From Thermoproteota archaeon (lineage in GTDB: Archaea; Thermoproteota; Methanomethylicia; Methanomethylicales; Methanomethylicaceae), in contig JAJHRG010000001.1 of assembly GCA_020832905.1 (NCBI GenBank), positions 64,809 to 128,808 of the forward strand: a stretch of 64,000 nt of DNA, in the 5' to 3' direction. Shown here one piece after another: positions 58,314-64,000 of this stretch (within the stretch, counting starts at the first letter, position 1; each line of letters opens with the position of its first letter). The position numbers and the translations under genes were made by a program. The notes under the pieces were generated by a model. That model searched no databases. It saw nothing but the letters and a program-made list of their open reading frames with translations, and was not told where the DNA came from.

Positions 58314-58714
58314 TGTCTGTTCCAAGATATTGGAGATGTATACCTCAAAGAATAAAAATGGAAGCTCTAAAGTGTAAATCTTGTGGTAAAACAATTTATC
58401 CTCCTAGAGCAAGATGCATATATTGTGGAGGAAATGACTTTGAAACTTATGTAATACCAGAAAAAGGGCGACTAATTTCATTTAGTATTATTCGCCATGC
58501 ACCAATTGGCTTTGAACATACTACACCATATGTTGTTGGAATAGTAGAATTTGAAAATGGTTTAAGAATATCTTCTCAAATTACTGATGTTGATATAAAT
58601 GAACTAAAAATTGGAATGGAAGTAGAACAGGTTTTTAGAAAAGTAACTGAAGATGGCAAATCAGGAATAATACAATATGCTATAAAATTTAGACCAATTT
58701 TTCAAAATATTTAA
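58310..58714 (+). CDS. DUF35 Zn-ribbon/OB-fold scaffold of the thiolase-HMGCS complex
   Basis: CKSCG...PPR..C..C then OB fold. Confidence 0.92.
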   Translation: MMSVPRYWRCIPQRIKMEALKCKSCGKTIYPPRARCIYCGGNDFETYVIPEKGRLISFSIIRHAPIGFEHTTPYVVGIVEFENGLRISSQITDVDINELKIGMEVEQVFRKVTEDGKSGIIQYAIKFRPIFQNI

Positions 58715-58739
58715 TTATTCTCTATTTTTCTATTTCTTT

Positions 58740-61022
58740 TTGTTGGTGAAAAAATTGCGAAAAGAAGATTCATTAGAATCAGTTTTGTCATCAATCTCAA
58801 ATAAAATCAGAATAGAGATTTTAAAACTAATAAATAGAGAAGGTCCACTTTCATTTACTGAAATTATGGAAAAATTACAAATGGATCCAAAAATACATGC
58901 TGGAAAATTTGGTTATCATCTTAAAATGCTAAATGAAGCTGGATTAATTGCATCAGATGAATCTACTGGAAAATATTATTTAACATCATTAGGTCAGGAA
59001 GTTTCAAATTTTATATACAATATTGAAGATTTTGTAAATAAGAAGAAAAGCGAAATGCTAGTAAGAACTTCAAGTTTAACAATAGAACCATTTGATAGGA
59101 AAAAAATTGTAGAAGCACTAGTTCGTGAAGCTAATATGCCAAGAAGATTAGCTGATAGTATATCAAAAGAGGCTGAAGAAAGATTAAAGAAATCACAAAT
59201 AAAGTATCTAACTGCTGCACTAATAAGAGAATTTGTAAATGCTATTCTTTTGGAAAAAGGACTTGAAGAATATAGACATGTTCTAACAAGACTTGGACAA
59301 CCTGTTTATGATGTTACAATTACAATAAAAAATACAGCAAAACTTGGAGATCCTTCACCAGAAATAATACACTCTATTGCTGGTAATTCTGTACTTGAAG
59401 AGTATATGCTATTAAAAGTTCTTCCTAGGACTATTGCAGATGCACATTTATGTGGTATGATTCATTTAAATAATGCTAATTATTGGGTTTTAAGACCTGC
59501 AAATATTTTTCATGATATAAGACTAATATTAAATGATAAAATATCCATAAATGATTTTGTTCTTCCATATCCTAATAAGCCTATAACTTTTAAAGAAGCT
59601 TTATTTATGGTAAATGCCTTATTAAAGCAAACTATGAGTTATGTATCTGTAGCTCAATCAATTCCATTTTTTAATATTTTTTTAGCTCCATTTGCTAAAG
59701 GAGTAGATGAGAAAGAAATTAAGAAATTGTTTAGAGAGTTTATTTTTAATTTAAATCTAATATTAGGTTGTCATATTCCAAAAGTTTCTTTTGAACTTGA
59801 ATTTGGAATACCTGATTTCTTAGAGAATGTAAAATGTATTGGAGTAGATGGAAAGCAGTATACTTATGGTGATTTTTTTGATGAATCTATTAGAATATAT
59901 AATATACTAATTGAAGTTTTATCTGAAACAGATGGTATTTCAAAACCATTATTAAATCCAGCTTTATTCATAAAGATTAGAAAAAAAGGTAAATTACTTG
60001 ATAAGTTTTATGAAATACTAGTAAGAACATGTCAATTAGCAAGAAAATGGGGTAATGTATATTTTATAAATCAGGAAATACCATGGCAAACTGAAAATGT
60101 TTCCTATAATTTAGATTTATCAAGAGTTGATTCTATAAGTAATTGGGAATATGATACCATAAGAGTTGGTGTATTAGATAATGTTACAATAAATTTACCT
60201 AGAATTGCTTATGAAGCAAAAGGTGATGATGAGCGTTTAAAAGAAAAATTATATGAAATTATGGAAATTGCAATAGAAGCATTAAATATAAAGAAACAAG
60301 TAATGGAGGAAATGATATTTATAGATGGTATAATTCCACTATTTAAAAAGAATGTAAATGGAAGTAGCTACTTTAGGTTAAAGACATCTCCAGGCATAAT
60401 AAGTTATGTTGGTCTTTTTGAAGCATTAAAGTATCATACTGGTAATAGTATTTCAGAGGATAATAGTGCACTTAAACTTGCAAAAGATTTAATATCAATA
60501 ATAGCAGATTGTTGTAGTAAAGCATCTATAAGAGTTCTTCCTTCTAGTATGGTTTCTGAACCTGTTAGTAAAAGATTATTAAATCTAGATATTAAGTATG
60601 GATACATTAAACCTAAGGATATTCTATATTATACTGAATGTTCTAATCTTCCATTATATTTAGCTATAGAGCTTAAGACTAGATTAAAAATAGAAGAAGA
60701 ATTTCAAAAGCTAACTAAAGGAGGTCATTTATTTGATTTTAGACTTGAAGAACCATTTCCTACAGAAGAAGTATTAGCTAATTATACAAAAAGAATAATA
60801 GAGACAACTCAACTTGGCATATTTACATTTACTAGAAGTTATACATATTGTTGGAAATGTAAAACTATAAGCTATGGAACTCATATTAGATGTCCTAATT
60901 GTGGTTATGATGGAGATAAATTAGCAGTATATACTAAGGTATATGGTAGAAATAAACCATCTATATTCTGGAATCAAGAAGAAAAAGACTTCATAGCAAT
61001 TTCAAAATCATTTATTTTGTAA
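58740..61022 (+). CDS. ArsR-type wHTH plus ATP-cone plus class III ribonucleotide reductase (NrdD)-like protein, catalytic residues apparently absent
   Basis: RIEILKLI...SFTEIM...YHLKML; VRTS...FDRKKIVEALVRE...LIREFV cone; DAHL.G.IHL, TINLPRIA, GGH, CWKC...CPNC. Confidence 0.85.
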   Translation: MLVKKLRKEDSLESVLSSISNKIRIEILKLINREGPLSFTEIMEKLQMDPKIHAGKFGYHLKMLNEAGLIASDESTGKYYLTSLGQEVSNFIYNIEDFVNKKKSEMLVRTSSLTIEPFDRKKIVEALVREANMPRRLADSISKEAEERLKKSQIKYLTAALIREFVNAILLEKGLEEYRHVLTRLGQPVYDVTITIKNTAKLGDPSPEIIHSIAGNSVLEEYMLLKVLPRTIADAHLCGMIHLNNANYWVLRPANIFHDIRLILNDKISINDFVLPYPNKPITFKEALFMVNALLKQTMSYVSVAQSIPFFNIFLAPFAKGVDEKEIKKLFREFIFNLNLILGCHIPKVSFELEFGIPDFLENVKCIGVDGKQYTYGDFFDESIRIYNILIEVLSETDGISKPLLNPALFIKIRKKGKLLDKFYEILVRTCQLARKWGNVYFINQEIPWQTENVSYNLDLSRVDSISNWEYDTIRVGVLDNVTINLPRIAYEAKGDDERLKEKLYEIMEIAIEALNIKKQVMEEMIFIDGIIPLFKKNVNGSSYFRLKTSPGIISYVGLFEALKYHTGNSISEDNSALKLAKDLISIIADCCSKASIRVLPSSMVSEPVSKRLLNLDIKYGYIKPKDILYYTECSNLPLYLAIELKTRLKIEEEFQKLTKGGHLFDFRLEEPFPTEEVLANYTKRIIETTQLGIFTFTRSYTYCWKCKTISYGTHIRCPNCGYDGDKLAVYTKVYGRNKPSIFWNQEEKDFIAISKSFIL

Positions 61023-61023
61023 A

Positions 61024-61356
61024 TTATTTTGAAGTAAGTAATATTATAGCTTGAGCAATATCTCCTTTTGTAGCTTCTAGTGCTTTTCTAGCTTCTTCAA
61101 AACTTCTTCCTGTTTGTGCAGCTACTAATTGTATATCTTCTTCAGGAATTTCAATTTTCTCTTCTTCTTTTTCTTCTCCAATTACTTGATAGATTTTTTG
61201 TCCTCCTATTTTCATAATCATAACATGTGGATTCTTTATTGTGATTTTCTTATCTTTTGTTATGAATATTACTTCTTCAACTCCTTGTATTTCTTCTACT
61301 TCCATTCCCATTTTTTGCATTAATCTTCTAGCTTCTCTTGGACTAATTTTCTTCAT
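61024..61356 (-). CDS. nac: Nascent polypeptide-associated complex protein
   Basis: RRLMQKMGM...EEDIQLVA.QTG...GDIAQAI. Confidence 0.95.
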   Translation of the reverse strand: MKKISPREARRLMQKMGMEVEEIQGVEEVIFITKDKKITIKNPHVMIMKIGGQKIYQVIGEEKEEEKIEIPEEDIQLVAAQTGRSFEEARKALEATKGDIAQAIILLTSK

Positions 61357-61837
61357 CTACACCACTCCTCACTTTTACTGCAATTCCATTTTTAAATCGC
61401 ATCATTTCACGCCCACTTAGTAGAGATTTTCCTACAGCAATAACATTTCCTTTTGAATCTACTATAATTACTTCTTCTCCTGGTCTTATTTCTTCATCAC
61501 AAATTAATACATGTTTTGAAAATAAATTTCTTCCTTTTTTTAAAAATTCTATAGCCTCATCTTTTACACATACTCTATATTTTGGATATGGTAATGCTAA
61601 AATAAGACGTTTTGCACCTTCTATACTTAATGCTAAATAACCATCATTTGTTCTTAAAGTTGCTAGTAATTTTCCATTATGATATATATTCTTTATTTTT
61701 CCTGTTCTTTTAGATCTTATAACCATTACTTCTTCTGGAAAAAGAATTTGCCCACATCCTTTTCCAAATTGAAGATCTGCAATTGCTCTTATTTTTATTA
61801 ATTCATCTTTTGTTATATTACTAAGCATAAATTCCAC
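61343..61837 (-). CDS. PUA-domain protein resembling the C-terminal part of archaeosine tRNA-guanine transglycosylase
   Basis: IADLQFG, SKRTGKI, G.NLFSKHV...IRPGEEV...AVKVR. Confidence 0.8.
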   Translation of the reverse strand: MEFMLSNITKDELIKIRAIADLQFGKGCGQILFPEEVMVIRSKRTGKIKNIYHNGKLLATLRTNDGYLALSIEGAKRLILALPYPKYRVCVKDEAIEFLKKGRNLFSKHVLICDEEIRPGEEVIIVDSKGNVIAVGKSLLSGREMMRFKNGIAVKVRSGVDEEN

Positions 61838-62984
61838 TTGATAATACTTTTCCTTTACTTTTTCTTAAGATTTTTTCTATTGCCTTAAGGAAATCTTCTT
61901 TTATTACATATTCTCTATTATCTCTTATTGCAAACATTCCTGCTTCAGTACATATTGCCTTAATATCTGCACCTGTTGCTCCTTCAGTTATTTTGGCTAA
62001 CTCTTTGGCTAATTCTTTTATATCCTCTTTTATATTCATTTTTGATATGTATATCTTAAATATTGCTTCTCTTCCTGTTAAATTTGGAAGAGGTACTTCT
62101 ATTATTCTATCAAATCTTCCTGGTCTTAATAATGCAGGATCTAATAAGTCTATTCTATTTGTTGCAGCTATAATCTTTACATCTCCTCTAGGATTAAATC
62201 CATCAAGTTCACTTAATAATTGTAATAGTGTTCTATGGACTTCTCTTTCACCACTTGTACTAATATCTGTTCTTTTTCCTCCTATGGCATCTATTTCATC
62301 TATAAAAACAATTGATGGTGCTTTCATTCTTGCAAATTGAAATAATTCTCTAACAAGTCTAGCACCTTCCCCAATATATTTTTGAACAAGCTCAGAAGCA
62401 ACAACTTTTATAAATGTTGCTTTTGTTTGACTTGCTACTGCTTTTGCTAATAATGTTTTACCACAACCAGGTGGACCATATAATAATACTCCTTTTGGTG
62501 GATCAATTCCTATTTTCTCAAATAACTGTGGCTTAAGTAATGGTAGTTCTATAAGCTCTCTTATTTCCCTAATTTGTTCATCTAATCCTCCTATATCATT
62601 ATAACTTACATTAGGAGACTCAATTACCTCCATCACTTTAATATATGTATCTAATTGATCTGGTAAAACTTCTACAACTGCAAAATTTCTTTGACTTAAA
62701 GCTACTCTTTTTCCTACAGCTAATTTCTTAATATCTACATTTCTTGAAACATTAACTATAAATGATGGTCCTGTAGAACTTTTTACAATTACTCTTCCAT
62801 CTTCTAGTATATCACTAATATATCCTTCTATATATGGAGGAGTTGTTAATCTTTCTATTTCTTCTCTTAAAAATTGAATTTCACGTAATAATCTTTCTCT
62901 CTCATAATACCAATCTCTTCTTTCAGCTTCTAAATCTAATATTCTTTGTTCTAATTTTTTTAATGTATTATCTTCAGAACTCAT
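61821..62984 (-). CDS. pan: Proteasome-activating nucleotidase
   Basis: Coiled coil and OB domain; GPPGCGKT, FIDEID, LLRPGRFDR; HbYX tail IYA. Confidence 0.97.
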   Translation of the reverse strand: MSSEDNTLKKLEQRILDLEAERRDWYYERERLLREIQFLREEIERLTTPPYIEGYISDILEDGRVIVKSSTGPSFIVNVSRNVDIKKLAVGKRVALSQRNFAVVEVLPDQLDTYIKVMEVIESPNVSYNDIGGLDEQIREIRELIELPLLKPQLFEKIGIDPPKGVLLYGPPGCGKTLLAKAVASQTKATFIKVVASELVQKYIGEGARLVRELFQFARMKAPSIVFIDEIDAIGGKRTDISTSGEREVHRTLLQLLSELDGFNPRGDVKIIAATNRIDLLDPALLRPGRFDRIIEVPLPNLTGREAIFKIYISKMNIKEDIKELAKELAKITEGATGADIKAICTEAGMFAIRDNREYVIKEDFLKAIEKILRKSKGKVLSSGIYA

Positions 62985-63028
62985 TTTTACCCCAATATTT
63001 ATTTATTACTGAAAATAATTAATAAACA

Positions 63029-63526
63029 GTGCTTTTTATGAATTGCGAAATATGTGGAAGAAAAATTAATAATCCAATAAGAATTGAAATTGATAAATCT
63101 ATACTAAATGTATGTAGAGATTGTTCAAAATTTGGTACAATAGTAACTGAAAGGAAAATTAGTAAACCAAAGCAAATATCAAAACCAATTACTACTAATT
63201 TAAAGAAAGAAATTGATACAGAAGAAGAAATAGTAGAAAACTTTGGAGAAATAATAAGGAAAAGAAGAGAGGAATTAAATATTACAAGAGAAGAATTAGC
63301 AAAGAAATTAGGAGAAAAAGAATCTGTTATTAGAAGAATAGAAAATTGTGAAATTTATCCTCCACATGATTTACTAGTAAAAATAGAAAAATTATTAAAA
63401 ATTTCATTAAGAAGAAAAATTGAAAAAATTACTGAAGTAAACATTCCTAATATAAATTTAACACTAGGAGATATAGCTATAGTAAAAGAAGGAAAGAAGA
63501 AAAATAGTGGGCCGAGCCGGACTTGA
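63029..63526 (+). CDS. mbf1: Multiprotein bridging factor aMBF1
   Basis: CEICG...C..C Zn ribbon plus XRE HTH, TLGD; divergent from pan. Confidence 0.92.
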   Translation: MLFMNCEICGRKINNPIRIEIDKSILNVCRDCSKFGTIVTERKISKPKQISKPITTNLKKEIDTEEEIVENFGEIIRKRREELNITREELAKKLGEKESVIRRIENCEIYPPHDLLVKIEKLLKISLRRKIEKITEVNIPNINLTLGDIAIVKEGKKKNSGPSRT

Positions 63527-63581
63527 ACCGGCGACCCCCGCCGTGTAAGGGCGGTATCCTACCAGGCTAGACCATCGGCCC
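63508..63581 (-). tRNA. tRNA-Val(TAC), CCA not encoded
   Basis: GGGCCGA/TCGGCCC acceptor; CCGCC-CTTACAC-GGCGG anticodon arm. Confidence 0.95.
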
Positions 63582-63607
63582 AAAAGAAAATAATACTTTT
63601 TCCTAAT

Positions 63608-64000
63608 TTAAAGATTTTGCATTTTTAATCTTTTTTCTATTTCTGAAATTTTTATTTTCAAAATTGTTACTATTTCATCATTTCTAATATTGTCGAGTCT
63701 TTTTCCACAATGTGGACATTGAAAATTTAATTCCATTGCCTCCTCAAAAGTATATCTATTTTTTTGATGATCAGGACATGCAAAAAACATATTATTCATT
63801 TCATAATTAAGACGATCTTTTAATTTTGCTAAAACCTTTTTTCTTATTGAATTTATAAGTATATTAATACCTGTTGGATTTATTCTCCAATAATACTTAT
63901 ACCATCCAATTTCTCTATCCTTTTCTCTTCTGTACAATACAAAGTTTTTATCAAATAGTTGATATAATATTCTTCTTAAATTATTTATCTTCATACCAGT
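63608..64000 (-). CDS. tfe: Transcription factor E alpha (5' end outside the window)
   Basis: RRILYQL...GWYKYYW wHTH; F.CP...YTFEEAME.NFQCPHCG. Confidence 0.93.
   Translation of the reverse strand, partial: TGMKINNLRRILYQLFDKNFVLYRREKDREIGWYKYYWRINPTGINILINSIRKKVLAKLKDRLNYEMNNMFFACPDHQKNRYTFEEAMELNFQCPHCGKRLDNIRNDEIVTILKIKISEIEKRLKMQNL

Overview
AT-rich archaeal core-genome window. An unsplit rpoB, Elf1, PolD DP2, a 16S-23S operon with no spacer tRNA and no linked 5S, and GC-rich structural RNAs point to a thermophilic TACK/Thermoproteota lineage outside the classical Crenarchaeota. A Methanomethylicia-like assignment is my inference only. Contents: rpoH-rpoB; the aIF1A-rio1-KH-top6B-top6A operon; a ~10 kb cobamide uptake/remodelling block (cblT-cblS-like, cobY, cobS, cbiZ-cobZ fusion, cbiB, cobD, btuFCD plus ammonia-ligase-like genes); the rRNA operon with a 186-nt BHB intron in 16S; RNase P RNA; tiaS; eight tRNAs (two with introns); hypF; glyA; PolD; the mevalonate HMGCS-thiolase-DUF35 trio; PAN; MBF1; TFE. 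Most interesting signals: (1) a probable replication origin (three ORB boxes) with no cdc6 in the window, carrying a second repeated palindrome and flanked by three HTH genes; (2) an ArsR-HTH/ATP-cone/class III RNR fusion that seems to lack the catalytic cysteines, a candidate nucleotide-sensing transcription factor; (3) a shared palindromic operator at both outer promoters of the cobamide block; (4) a perfect 21-bp inverted repeat over the mevalonate operon promoter; (5) two perfect 23S expansion hairpins with the same GGTATTACC apex. No CRISPR array, transposase or integrase was seen. All calls come from reading the sequence; no searches were run.
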